A stretch of 64,000 nt of DNA, taken from positions 281,159 through 345,158 of the forward strand of contig OW818634.1 in assembly GCA_942492765.1 (NCBI GenBank), read 5' to 3'. The position numbers and the translations under genes are program-made. The notes under the pieces are model-generated. The model had not been told where the DNA came from, searched no databases, and worked only from the letters and a program-made list of their open reading frames with translations. Origin of the DNA: an uncultured bacterium. Its GTDB lineage: Bacteria; Patescibacteriota; Patescibacteriia; Patescibacteriales; UBA12465. This document shows positions 7,943-17,579 of the stretch, one piece after another; positions within the stretch are counted from its first letter, which is position 1, and every line of letters starts with the position of its first letter.

Positions 7943-9430
7943 TTACGATTTTAACAAGTCTTTCCCGATTCTAAAGACATCGCCAGCCCCCATCAGCAAT
8001 AAGACATCCTTGGCCGACAAATGCCGGCGCAGATAGGCTGTCGCCTCTGCCATGGAGCCTAAATGCCTGACTGGCTGGGCTATCTTCCGAGTTTTGTTGA
8101 ATTTAGAGACGGCGCTGGCGAACTGGCGGCTGGACACCCCGCCCTGTTTCTCTCTAGCTGAGCCATAGATATCCAAGATCACTAACTCATCAGCGGCGGT
8201 AAAGCTCTTAGAGAAATCCTTAAAAAACGCTTTCGTGCGAGTAAAAGTATGGGGGTGGAAAACAGTGATAATTTTCTTATCCTGATAATGCGCGCGCAAT
8301 CCGGATAAAGTCGCGGCTATTTCCGTCGGATGATGGGCATAATCGTCGATGATCAGGGCGCCGTGATATTTTCCCAAAAGCTGAGCGCGGCGCTCGGTGC
8401 CGGAAAAAGAAGCTAGGCCGCTCCTAATCTTTTCTAAAGGCACTTTTAATTCGCGGCTGGCAGCGATGACGGCGAGTGCATTCAAGACATTATGCTCACC
8501 CCAGAGGCGGATCTTGAATTCTCCCAAGCCGGAGACCGCTTCGAGGCGCATATTTTTCTTCAGGCTGACAGCGCGATAAGCGAGCTTGAATATCTGATAG
8601 CCATTCTTCAGCCGCAAATCATAAGCTAAATAGTCTGATTTATTTCCAATAGCCTCCTCGGCTTCGACAAAAGTCTCAGCTCGCGGCGCTAAATCATAAG
8701 AAGATATCCGGCCGCGGCAGTTTTTCCTGATCCTCTGGCTCGCTTGATCGCGGCCGCTTATAACCAAGAAGCCTGCAGCCGGAATCTTCTTGATGAAATC
8801 AGCGAAAACTTTGATATAAGCCGCTTCAGTCTTAAAATAATCCGGATGATCATAATCAATATTATTAAGGACGACGCCAGCCGGCTTAAAATACTGCAAT
8901 TTATTCTGATACTCATCGACTTCCGCGATCAAATTATCGGACGCGCCCTTTAAGCCGCTGCCCCCGAACTGCGGCACGCGCGAACCGACCAGCACGTTCG
9001 GCTTCTCACCCGCTTTCATCAGGACATAGCCGAGCCAGGCCGAGGTCGTCGTCTTGCCATGGCTGCCGCAGACAGCGACGCCGTGATACTCATTAAAGAC
9101 CTGGCCCAAGGCCTCAGCATAAGACAAAATCGGAATACCCTTAAAAAGCGGCTGATGCTTCTTGATATAAGCCATCTCCGGATTATTCTTCTCGTTGAAA
9201 GCGGAGGAATAGATAATGACGTCAGGACGAGTAGGCAGATTCTTCTCCGAAAACGGCGACAGGATCTTTATCCTCTCTTTCTTCAGGACTTTATCAGTCA
9301 TGAAGGAGTCACTAATATCAGAGCCGAGAATATGATGGCCGTGCGCCGCCAAAAATTGCGCCAGCATGGTCATGCCGACGCCCTTGATGCCGATAAGATA
9401 GAAATTCTTTTTTGCTTTAGTTTTTTTCAT
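7943..9430 (-). CDS. murC: UDP-N-acetylmuramate--L-alanine ligase
   Basis: 495 aa with YLIGIKGVGMTMLAQFLAAHGHHILGSD and the Mur ligase P-loop GSHGKTTTSAW. It lies in a mur/dcw-type context. Confidence 0.9.
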   Translation of the reverse strand: MKKTKAKKNFYLIGIKGVGMTMLAQFLAAHGHHILGSDISDSFMTDKVLKKERIKILSPFSEKNLPTRPDVIIYSSAFNEKNNPEMAYIKKHQPLFKGIPILSYAEALGQVFNEYHGVAVCGSHGKTTTSAWLGYVLMKAGEKPNVLVGSRVPQFGGSGLKGASDNLIAEVDEYQNKLQYFKPAGVVLNNIDYDHPDYFKTEAAYIKVFADFIKKIPAAGFLVISGRDQASQRIRKNCRGRISSYDLAPRAETFVEAEEAIGNKSDYLAYDLRLKNGYQIFKLAYRAVSLKKNMRLEAVSGLGEFKIRLWGEHNVLNALAVIAASRELKVPLEKIRSGLASFSGTERRAQLLGKYHGALIIDDYAHHPTEIAATLSGLRAHYQDKKIITVFHPHTFTRTKAFFKDFSKSFTAADELVILDIYGSAREKQGGVSSRQFASAVSKFNKTRKIAQPVRHLGSMAEATAYLRRHLSAKDVLLLMGAGDVFRIGKDLLKS

Positions 9431-9442
9431 GGATGTCTATTA

Positions 9443-10573
9443 TTATTCCCGACCGCTAATCATTTCCCAGATTATCCCGGAGATAGTATCGGCCGCGTCG
9501 CGCTTCATGATCTTGCCGATATTATTGCCGAGTTCCCTTTTCAAGGCCGGATTGCCTAAGACATTATTTATCTCTTTGATCAGCCCTTCTGGAGATAATC
9601 CGGCTTGATCAAGACGCAAGGCTGCTTTCGCTTTGACGAAATAAGCGGCATTATCTTCCTGGTGCGATTGCGGCATTGGGATCAGTATCGCCGGCTTGCG
9701 CCAATAAGACATCTCCGTCAAAGCGCCGAGACCCGCGCGGGAGACGACCATATCAGACATAGACATCAGGGTAGACATGACGCGATTATCTAGGAACTCT
9801 AGAATATGATAATTTTTAATATTAGAAAGCGAGTCATCTTCAGGCATTTTTCCGCGCCCGACCAGATGAATTATCTGATAATCGCGAGCCAATTCTGGAG
9901 CAGCTTGGAAGATCAAGCGATTTATTCCGGTCGCGCCCGTGCCGCCGCCGATGACTAATATCAAAGGGATAGAATTGTCTAAAGAATATTCTGTTTTCAG
10001 CTCCTGGATCAGGCTTTCATCCTGAATGCCGCTTAATCGTCGTATCGGATTTCCGGCTAAGATTGTCCTCGGTCCGTAATCGATCAAAGATTTCTCAAAG
10101 ACGACAGTGATAGCTCGCGCCCAAGGAGCCATCAGCCTATTAGCCAGCCCAGGGCGCAGATCCTGCTGATGGATAAGTATCGGAATCTTCTTGGCCGCAG
10201 CCGCCCAGACTAAGGGCACGCTGACGAAGGCGCCGGCGCTGATGACGATATCGGGGTGGATATTCTTCAATATCCTGAAAGATTGAAAATAGGCAGCCGA
10301 AACCTTGAAGATATCCAAGATATTATGAATTGAAAAATAGCGGCGCCATTTGCCGCTGATAAGCGGGATGAATTCCATCGCACCGACTTCCTTATTGAAA
10401 GAGGCGACCATCTCCCTTTCGACTCCATCTTTAGTGCCGACAAAGGCGAAGCGCAAGCTAGCAGCAGCGCCGCCGCGATGCAATTCTTCAGCTATGGCTA
10501 AGAGAGGCGCGACTGATCCGCCCGTCCCTCCGCCGCTGAAGACTATCGTCTTTATTGCCTTATCTTCTCTCAT
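9443..10573 (-). CDS. murG: UDP-GlcNAc:lipid I N-acetylglucosaminyltransferase
   Basis: 376 aa with a GT28 N-terminus (FSGGGTGGSVAPLLAIAEEL) and a C-terminal VVSRAGLGALTEM motif. Confidence 0.9.
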   Translation of the reverse strand: MREDKAIKTIVFSGGGTGGSVAPLLAIAEELHRGGAAASLRFAFVGTKDGVEREMVASFNKEVGAMEFIPLISGKWRRYFSIHNILDIFKVSAAYFQSFRILKNIHPDIVISAGAFVSVPLVWAAAAKKIPILIHQQDLRPGLANRLMAPWARAITVVFEKSLIDYGPRTILAGNPIRRLSGIQDESLIQELKTEYSLDNSIPLILVIGGGTGATGINRLIFQAAPELARDYQIIHLVGRGKMPEDDSLSNIKNYHILEFLDNRVMSTLMSMSDMVVSRAGLGALTEMSYWRKPAILIPMPQSHQEDNAAYFVKAKAALRLDQAGLSPEGLIKEINNVLGNPALKRELGNNIGKIMKRDAADTISGIIWEMISGRE

Positions 10574-10600
10574 ATCGTTAATCTATAATTATCTGCTTTT

Positions 10601-11740
10601 CTAGCCGCGAATCTTCGCATGCTTGCTGATATTCACTAATATCCCCATGCCCAATAATGAAGAAAGCGCGGCTGATCCGCCGGCAGAAATGAACGGCAAG
10701 GGGACGCCGGTCATGGGAATAAGATTGATCATGCCGCCGATATTCAAGAAAGACTGGACAGAAAGCCAAGCGACGATACCGATAGCCAAAGAAGAACCGT
10801 AGAGATCCGGAGCGCCGCGCGCGATTAGCAAGCCGCGATAAAAAAGAAAAAGATACAATAATATCAGGAGCGTGGAAAAGAAGAAGCCGGTTTCCTCAGC
10901 GATGATCGGAAAGATAGAATCGCCCCAGACTTCAGGCAGGTACATGAATTTCTGCCGGCTCTCTCCTAGGCCGCGTCCGAAAAAACCGCCGGAACCAACC
11001 GCTATCAGAGATTGGCTGATCTGATAGCATTTATCTTGAGCGCTGAAGCTCGGGTCCTGCAAGCATTTGAAACGATCGCTCTGATAATTCGAATTTAAGC
11101 TTAAAAACAAGAAGAGAGCCAGCGCGGCGAGAATAAGAGCGATCGCTATATGAATGACTTTGCCGCCGCCGGCAAAAAAAACAATCACGGCTGTAAAAGC
11201 GATGATGAACAAAGTTCCGAGATCAGGCTGTAACATCATCAATAGACTGATGACTCCGAGTATCACCAGGAACGGCAAGACGCCGCTCGTCAAGCTATTC
11301 AGGTCCCCCTTCTTCGCTTCCAGCCAAGTCGCCAAATATATCAAGAAGGAAACTTTCACTAATTCCGACGGCTGGAAAGACTGGCCAAAGATATTGATCC
11401 AGCTGCGAGCGGTGCCGTAGTCGGCGCGCAGGCCGGGAATAAAAACCAACAGGAGTAAGACTATAGAAGACAATAGAAAAAAACCAGCGAATTTCTTCCA
11501 CCAATGATAATTGATGCGCGAGGCGGCAAAAAAGACGGCTAAGCCGATGCCGAGACTGAAGACCTGGCGGATAAAATAATGATAAGTATTGCCGTAGCGG
11601 GCATAAGAAACGACTGAAGAAGCGCTAAAAAGCATCACTAACCCGACGACGAGCAAAATGAATAAAGCCGTTATCAGGCTTTTGTCGGGTTCATGCTCGC
11701 CGGGACGCGGCGATGTTTTTTTCGTGTGTATGCCGAACAT
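10601..11740 (-). CDS. ftsW: SEDS family peptidoglycan glycosyltransferase (FtsW/RodA)
   Basis: 379 aa polytopic membrane protein. It carries SEDS motifs (QPSELVK, LQPDLGT, LPFISAGGSA) and lies between mraY and murG. Confidence 0.85.
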   Translation of the reverse strand: MFGIHTKKTSPRPGEHEPDKSLITALFILLVVGLVMLFSASSVVSYARYGNTYHYFIRQVFSLGIGLAVFFAASRINYHWWKKFAGFFLLSSIVLLLLVFIPGLRADYGTARSWINIFGQSFQPSELVKVSFLIYLATWLEAKKGDLNSLTSGVLPFLVILGVISLLMMLQPDLGTLFIIAFTAVIVFFAGGGKVIHIAIALILAALALFLFLSLNSNYQSDRFKCLQDPSFSAQDKCYQISQSLIAVGSGGFFGRGLGESRQKFMYLPEVWGDSIFPIIAEETGFFFSTLLILLYLFLFYRGLLIARGAPDLYGSSLAIGIVAWLSVQSFLNIGGMINLIPMTGVPLPFISAGGSAALSSLLGMGILVNISKHAKIRG

Positions 11741-11743
11741 AAT

Positions 11744-12793
11744 TTAAAACTTCTGATCAAGCAGGAAGACCATCAGGCCGATAGCCGAGCCGATAGCCGC
11801 TATCACCCAGAAGCGCATGACCACCTTTGCCTCGGGCCAGCCCTTCGCCTGATAATGATGGTGGATCGGAGCGGATAAGAAGACTTTGCGGCCGCGCAAT
11901 TTCTTTGATAAGACCTGAATGATGACGGATAATGATTCTAATAGGAAAATCAACCCGATAAAAATCAAGAGTAGCGAATTATTGGTCAACATCGCGATGA
12001 TGCCGAGCGTGACGCCCAAGCTCATAGAGCCCGTATCGCCCATATAGAAACGGGCCGGAGGAATATTAAACCACAGGAAAGCGAGCAGCGCGCCAATGAT
12101 AACGCCGCAGAAAGTAGCCAACTCATAGCGGCCCAGCATGAAAGCGATGATACCGAAGACAGAAAAAGCGATAGCCAGGGTTCCTCCGGCCAAGCCGTCC
12201 AGACCGTCAGTCTCGTTGACCGAGAAAGAGGTGGCAACGATAATGAAGATGAATATCGGAATATACCAAGCGCCGATCTCGAAATTTCCCAAAAAAGGAA
12301 CGTGGAAGACGGTCCAGTCTAATTTGAAATAAAACCAGAGCGCGCCGGCGATAGCGATAAGCGTGTAGATGAGCAAGCGGTGGCGCAGCTTCAAGCCGCC
12401 GCCGCCGAGAACGCCCTTGCCGCGCACGTCCAGCCAATCGTCAAAAAGGCCGATCAGCGCGGAAATGATCAAGGCGCCCAAAGGCAATAAAGTTTCGGAG
12501 CGGGATAAGAAATTAAGATGTTGAAAAATATTTCCCGGGAACAGACTGCTTAAAGCAGAAAAGCCCAAGATGAAGACTAGGACAGTCCCCCAAATGAGAA
12601 CTCCGCCCATAGTCGGCGTTCCCTCCTTATGAGCATGAAGCTCGGTAAAGATCGGAGTCGCGCCGCCATTCCTGATTTTTTTTCCTAACTTATATTTATA
12701 GAGATAATGAGTCAGGATCGGAGCCACGATGATCGTAAAAATAAAAGCGAGGGCGGAAAAGAACAAGATCTTGACGACATAGAATTCCATCAT
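11744..12793 (-). CDS. mraY: Phospho-N-acetylmuramoyl-pentapeptide transferase
   Basis: 349 aa with DDWLDVRGKG, NETDGLDGLA and PIHHH motifs typical of MraY. Confidence 0.9.
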   Translation of the reverse strand: MMEFYVVKILFFSALAFIFTIIVAPILTHYLYKYKLGKKIRNGGATPIFTELHAHKEGTPTMGGVLIWGTVLVFILGFSALSSLFPGNIFQHLNFLSRSETLLPLGALIISALIGLFDDWLDVRGKGVLGGGGLKLRHRLLIYTLIAIAGALWFYFKLDWTVFHVPFLGNFEIGAWYIPIFIFIIVATSFSVNETDGLDGLAGGTLAIAFSVFGIIAFMLGRYELATFCGVIIGALLAFLWFNIPPARFYMGDTGSMSLGVTLGIIAMLTNNSLLLIFIGLIFLLESLSVIIQVLSKKLRGRKVFLSAPIHHHYQAKGWPEAKVVMRFWVIAAIGSAIGLMVFLLDQKF

Positions 12794-12800
12794 AAGGAGA

Positions 12801-13214
12801 TTATCTAAAATTAATCAAATAAATAAACATCAGAGCCAAGCTGATAAACATCAGGAAGAGCTCGGCGGCCGTTAATAAGATATTGGCGAACAACCGAAAA
12901 TACTGGCGGCGATGCAAGACTGCGGCCATGATCCAATTAAAAGCTAAGATGCCTAAGCCGTAAAGGGGATATAAGAATATGTGCCAAGGCGCGCCGACCA
13001 GATCGATGCCAAAATCTATATTATAATGCAGCACCAGCAGCTCTCCGCTCAGATGCTTATAGATGAAAACGGCCTGCAGCCAGGCGAGGATTTGGAACAA
13101 GCCAGCTAGCCCTAAATAGAAGCGGCTGGGCACAAAACGCCAAAGCGCCGCCAAGGCAACCCTTATTTCTTGACAAAAAGAGTAAAAACGGACGTAAAGA
13201 TTAGAATAAACCAT
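12801..13214 (-). CDS. Hypothetical ~4-TM membrane protein at the head of the mraY operon
   Basis: 137-aa ORF, hydrophobic and aromatic-rich, ending 8 nt upstream of the mraY start. I recognise no family. Confidence 0.45.
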   Translation of the reverse strand: MVYSNLYVRFYSFCQEIRVALAALWRFVPSRFYLGLAGLFQILAWLQAVFIYKHLSGELLVLHYNIDFGIDLVGAPWHIFLYPLYGLGILAFNWIMAAVLHRRQYFRLFANILLTAAELFLMFISLALMFIYLINFR

Positions 13215-13295
13215 AAAAAAATAAGAGAATAATCTATTTATTTTCAGTTTATCACATTTTAAAATAATACAAAACTATGTTATAATTAAGATATT

Positions 13296-14306
13296 ATGAG
13301 CCAAAAAATTATCACTAAAATATTCAATTACGCCGCTAGCGAAGGGGCCGACAACCTGGTCATCGCCAGGCGAGCCGACCAGCTTGTTCTAGACTACTAC
13401 TTCTCTGGACAAGACAAACAGAGCCTGATCTTGCCTAAGAAGCTAGAGAAGGAATTATTCTCCAGCCTGAGAAAAATATTAGCCGTCGCTCCCGGAGAAT
13501 TCATCGCTAAAAAATACTGCAAGCTTCCTCATAAATCCGGCTGCCTTAATTTCTATCTGACTATCATGCCGGAAGCGAACGGAGAAAAGATAATCATCAA
13601 TCTCATCACTAAGCCATTCACTCTCTGGCGCCTCAACAGGCTCGGATTGCAGAAAGCAGAGCTCCAGGAGATCAAGAAATCTCTTAATCTTAAGTCGGGG
13701 CTAGTGATTATCAGCTCTCCTGAGGGCGAAGGCAAGAGCGCCACCCTGAACTCCCTACTCCTCGAGCTGAATGACCCCTCTAAGAGCGTCTATTCCCTCC
13801 AAGGGCGAGAAGCTTACGAAGTCCCTGGCGTCGTAGCGCTCCCTCCGAGCGAAACTAATTGGGATAAGCTGCTGCGCTTAGATTCTGAGATAATCTTCAC
13901 TGATAGCCTAGACGAGTCTCGTTCGCTAGAACACGCGATTCGAGCGGCCGCTAGCGGCCGCCTAGTCTTCGGCACTATGACTGCGGCTGATTCCTTCGAA
14001 GCCTTGCGTAAAGTTCTGGCAGCTGAACCGCCCTTGAAATTAAAGCTGGATAACCTTAAGATGATCGTAAGCCAGCGCTTAGTCGGAATGAAGCGAAAGC
14101 CAGGAAAAACTAGCCGTGACCGGCGCAAGGAGATCGGCTTATTCGAAGTCCTCCGCATTACTCCAGCTATAAAGACGCTGCTGCTTAAGAAGCTCGAAAA
14201 AAAATCAGACGACCGCTATCAGGAATTGGAAAAAATAGCCTTAAAGGACGGCTTCCGTCCGCTCGCTCACGACCGCCTTAAGAAAAAGAAAGAAGGATTG
14301 ATATGA
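13296..14306 (+). CDS. GspE/PilB (type II secretion/type IV pilus ATPase) family protein with eroded catalytic motifs
   Basis: 336 aa. The N-terminal region resembles the GspE N2 domain (ADNLVIARRADQLVLDYYFSG...). The Walker A is partly kept (SPEGEGKSAT). The Asp box, Walker B and His box are replaced: QGREAY, IIFTDSLDES, and GRLVFGTMTAAD in place of the GHLVxSTLHTND type. Confidence 0.6.
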   Translation: MSQKIITKIFNYAASEGADNLVIARRADQLVLDYYFSGQDKQSLILPKKLEKELFSSLRKILAVAPGEFIAKKYCKLPHKSGCLNFYLTIMPEANGEKIIINLITKPFTLWRLNRLGLQKAELQEIKKSLNLKSGLVIISSPEGEGKSATLNSLLLELNDPSKSVYSLQGREAYEVPGVVALPPSETNWDKLLRLDSEIIFTDSLDESRSLEHAIRAAASGRLVFGTMTAADSFEALRKVLAAEPPLKLKLDNLKMIVSQRLVGMKRKPGKTSRDRRKEIGLFEVLRITPAIKTLLLKKLEKKSDDRYQELEKIALKDGFRPLAHDRLKKKKEGLI

Positions 14307-14965
14307 AGATAATCTGCGTCATCCCTGCCTGGAACGAAGGAAAGAATATCGCTAAAGTCATTACCGGCGCTAAGCCTTTTGTCGACGAGATCGTCGTCAT
14401 TGATGACGGCTCTCGCGATGATACTGCGGCGGCGGCTGAAGCGGCCGGCGCGACTGTTTTCCGCCATCCGATCAACCGCGGCCAAGGCGCGGCTCTCCAG
14501 ACCGGCAATGATTATGCTCTCGACCATGGCGCCGATATCATCGTCCATTTCGACGCTGACGACCAATTCTTGGCTACAGAAATAAAAGATATGACCGCGC
14601 CGATAATAGCAGGGCGCGCCGATATCGTCTTTGGTTCCCGCTTCTTAGGCAAGAAAGCTAATCTGCCGGCGGTCAAGAAATATCTGATCATGCCGCTCGC
14701 TCAGATATTCACTAGAGTGATATTGGGCATAAAGCTGAGCGATCCGCAAAACGGCTTCCGGGCGATGAGCCGCTTGGCCGCCGAAAAGATCAGAATAAAC
14801 AATCGGGAGATGGCCCATAACAGCGAAATCCAGATAAAGGCCTTCCAGGAAAAACTGCGAGTAGCCGAGGTTCCGATCACTGTCATCTACCACCGCGTCG
14901 GCCGCGGCTGGTCGGATGCTAAAAAGATCGTCCGCGACCTTCTGATCCACAGGATAATAAAATAA
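14303..14965 (+). CDS. Glycosyltransferase family 2 (polyprenol-phosphate glycosyltransferase-like)
   Basis: 220 aa with IPAWNEGKNIAKVI...VVIDDGSRDDT and a DADD motif. Its start overlaps the upstream stop (ATGA). Confidence 0.85.
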   Translation: MKIICVIPAWNEGKNIAKVITGAKPFVDEIVVIDDGSRDDTAAAAEAAGATVFRHPINRGQGAALQTGNDYALDHGADIIVHFDADDQFLATEIKDMTAPIIAGRADIVFGSRFLGKKANLPAVKKYLIMPLAQIFTRVILGIKLSDPQNGFRAMSRLAAEKIRINNREMAHNSEIQIKAFQEKLRVAEVPITVIYHRVGRGWSDAKKIVRDLLIHRIIK

Positions 14966-14991
14966 AAATAAATAAACTTAAAGATAAACTT

Positions 14992-15312
14992 ATGTTGCAG
15001 CAGATAATCGCCATCGTCATCATCCTTTTCTTCATTTTCCGCCTAGTCGCGCAGAAAAAAAAGAACCAGATCAGCAATAGCGAATTCACGTTATGGCTCG
15101 TCTTCTGGCTGATTGCCGCCGCCGCTATCATCTTCATAAAGGCTATCGACAGCTTGGTCGCCTGGCTCGGCTTTTCCGGCAGCGGCATAAATTTCCTGAT
15201 CTATATCGCGGTTCTGGCCTTATTCTACCTCGTCTTCAGGCTCAGATTAGATCTGGCCAAGATGGACAGGAGTCTCACAGAAATCGTCCGCCAGATAACC
15301 TTAAAGAAATAA
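14992..15312 (+). CDS. Small membrane protein, DUF2304-like (GT2-associated)
   Basis: 106 aa and 3 TM helices. The pattern GSGINFLIYIAVLALFYLVFRLRLDLAKMDRSLTEIVRQ matches my recollection of the DUF2304 family, which typically follows a GT2 gene. Confidence 0.55.
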   Translation: MLQQIIAIVIILFFIFRLVAQKKKNQISNSEFTLWLVFWLIAAAAIIFIKAIDSLVAWLGFSGSGINFLIYIAVLALFYLVFRLRLDLAKMDRSLTEIVRQITLKK

Positions 15313-15314
15313 AC

Positions 15315-16448
15315 ATGAAAATCGCTTCTATCGTCTGCGCTTTCCCGCCTTATGCCGGCGGTATGGGCAACAGCGCCGATCGAATCAGCCAGATACTGAG
15401 AACCGAATATGAAGTCGTCGACTTCACTCCTTATAATACGAAACCGTGGCTGAAATATGGCCACGGTTCTGTTTTAGGCTCCCTGCTCTGGCGCTTGAGA
15501 TCATTCGATTATATTTACCTCCATTACCCGTATTTCGGCACGGCTGAGATCGTCTGGCTCTTCAAGATCTTCCACAAGAGAACGAAACTTGTGATCCATT
15601 ACCATATGGACGTAAGCGGCCTTAGCCCTTGGGCCAGGATATTAAGCCTTCCCAGCCGCCTGATTCGCGCCTCCCTGCTCCAACAAGCTGACCTTATCGT
15701 CACGGCCAGCCTAGACTATGTGAAGAACAGCGAAATAAAAGATTATTACGCGGCCCATCCCGAAAAATTTCGTGAGATCCCTTTCGCCGTCGACCTGCAG
15801 AGATTCCAGCCGAGCGGACTGAAGGCGCCGGCTGGTAATAGCCTCTTAGCCAAGGCTAAGGAGATCGTGAATTTCGTCAGCGCCCAATTCATAAAAAAGG
15901 ATCGTTTCGACCTGCTCTTTGTCGGCGCGCTCGATGCGGCCCATTATTTCAAAGGCGTGGACGTGCTCTTGCGCGCCGCCGCCGGGCTCGGCGATTGCCA
16001 TTTCGAATTGACGATTGCGGGCGAAGGCGATAAGCGCCAGGAATATGAGGCTTTAGCCGTGCGCCTCAATCTCGACAAGAAAATAAGGTTCGCCGGGAAA
16101 CTGAGCGAGGCCGACCTAGTTCGCGCTTATCAGAAAGCAGATCTCCTGATATTGCCCTCGATTAACGGCAACGAAGCCTTTGGCATCGTCTTGATAGAAG
16201 CTTTAGCTTGCGGCGTGCCAGTTATGGCCTCTGATCTTCCCGGCGTCCGCGGCGTCTTTAATGACGGCGAAGAAGGCTGGCTGATCAAGCCAGGAGACGT
16301 ATCAGACCTCGAAAAGAAATTGAGGCTATTTATGAGCGATAAATCTATATCCGAAAGAATGGCGGCAAAAGCGAGAAGCTTGGCGGAAGCCAAATATGGA
16401 GAAGAGATAGTAGCCGCTAAGCTAAAAGAAATATTCAAAGCGATATGA
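15315..16448 (+). CDS. Glycosyltransferase family 4
   Basis: The track ORF 15093..16448 has an N-terminal extension that overlaps the DUF2304 gene. The in-frame ATG at 15315 (MKIASIVCAFPPYAGGMGN) is the plausible start. The GT4 E-x7-E region is LPSINGNEAFGIVLIEALACGVPVMASD. Confidence 0.85.
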   Translation: MKIASIVCAFPPYAGGMGNSADRISQILRTEYEVVDFTPYNTKPWLKYGHGSVLGSLLWRLRSFDYIYLHYPYFGTAEIVWLFKIFHKRTKLVIHYHMDVSGLSPWARILSLPSRLIRASLLQQADLIVTASLDYVKNSEIKDYYAAHPEKFREIPFAVDLQRFQPSGLKAPAGNSLLAKAKEIVNFVSAQFIKKDRFDLLFVGALDAAHYFKGVDVLLRAAAGLGDCHFELTIAGEGDKRQEYEALAVRLNLDKKIRFAGKLSEADLVRAYQKADLLILPSINGNEAFGIVLIEALACGVPVMASDLPGVRGVFNDGEEGWLIKPGDVSDLEKKLRLFMSDKSISERMAAKARSLAEAKYGEEIVAAKLKEIFKAI

Positions 16449-17530
16449 AGATAGGCTTGATGCACAATCTATACGGGAAATACAGCCGCGGCGGCGCGGA
16501 AACAGCCGTGAAGATGATGGCTGAAGATTTGCGCCGATCCGGGCATGAAGTCTTCTTGATAACTACGCGCCCGGAGAATGATAAGCAGAACTCTGATCAG
16601 AAAGAAAATAAAACATTGAACGGAGAAAAAATATATCAGATAGATTCCGATTTCTATGATCTGGGCAAGCGTTCCCCGCTCTACCGCGCTCTCTGGCAGG
16701 TCAGAAATATCTTCTCGTTCCAGCAAGCGCGCCAGATAAAGGCTATACTGAAATCAGAAAAACCGGATGCAATCATCACTCACAACTTGATGGGCCTAGG
16801 CTTCATGGTTCCTCGCGTCTTGAAGAAGTTGGATATCCGCCACGAACATTTCCTCCATGATATCCAGCTCATCCACCCTTCGGGACTGATGATCTTCGGG
16901 CAAGAACAGAAAATCGACAGCCTGGCCGCTAAGATATACCAAGCGCTGACGCGGACGCTATTCGCTTCTCCGGCTAAAGTCATCTCTCCGTCCGACTGGC
17001 TCCTAGAGATCCATAAGCAGCGCGGCTTCTTCAAGGATTCGGAACAGGAGATCCGCCCATTCGTCTGGCCCGAGACAGAAGCGCCGCGGCCAGCCAAAAT
17101 CGGTTCGGCCAAGAATTTTATCTTCATCGGACAGATCGAGGAACAGAAAGGCATACTCTTCCTTATCAACGCTTTTAAGAAGATAAGCCGGCCGGAGCTA
17201 AGCTTATTCATCGCAGTCCGCAACGGCGGCAAGGATCTGGATAAGGCGCGAGCGGCCGCTAGCGGCGATGCGCGCATCCAGATTTCCGGATTGCTTTCCT
17301 ATGACGAGACTAAAGAGATAATGAACGCCAAAGATTACCTGATCATCCCCTCTTTATGCTATGAGAATTCTCCGACCGTGATCTACGGCGCCCACGCGGC
17401 CGGCCTGTCTGTCATCGCTTCCCGTCTCGGCGGCATTCCGGAATTGATGAAAAAAGGCGACGAACTTTTCACCCCCGGAGACGAGGGCGACCTGATAAAA
17501 AAAATAACGCTAGCGACGAAGACGAAATAG
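16445..17530 (+). CDS. Glycosyltransferase family 4
   Basis: 361 aa with MKIGLMHNLYGKYSRGGAETAV and a C-terminal IPSLCYENSPTVIYGAHAAGLSVIASRLGGIPE. It has an ATGA overlap with the upstream GT4. Confidence 0.8.
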   Translation: MKIGLMHNLYGKYSRGGAETAVKMMAEDLRRSGHEVFLITTRPENDKQNSDQKENKTLNGEKIYQIDSDFYDLGKRSPLYRALWQVRNIFSFQQARQIKAILKSEKPDAIITHNLMGLGFMVPRVLKKLDIRHEHFLHDIQLIHPSGLMIFGQEQKIDSLAAKIYQALTRTLFASPAKVISPSDWLLEIHKQRGFFKDSEQEIRPFVWPETEAPRPAKIGSAKNFIFIGQIEEQKGILFLINAFKKISRPELSLFIAVRNGGKDLDKARAAASGDARIQISGLLSYDETKEIMNAKDYLIIPSLCYENSPTVIYGAHAAGLSVIASRLGGIPELMKKGDELFTPGDEGDLIKKITLATKTK

Positions 17531-17560
17531 AAAAGGCCGGACTGATCCGGCCTTTTATTA
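17531..17560. terminator. Bidirectional intrinsic terminator
   Basis: aaaaggccgg (17531-17540) pairs with ccggcctttt (17547-17556) across a 6-nt loop. It is flanked by A/T tracts and lies between convergent genes. Confidence 0.7.
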
Positions 17561-17579
17561 TCTACGATGCTTGAATATA

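Noticed and set aside
15093-15314. An N-terminal 74-codon extension of the GT4 ORF overlaps the DUF2304 gene.
   Set aside because: The extension is Arg-rich and out of character. It overlaps a plausible membrane-protein gene in another frame. The GT4 homology begins at the internal ATG at 15315.
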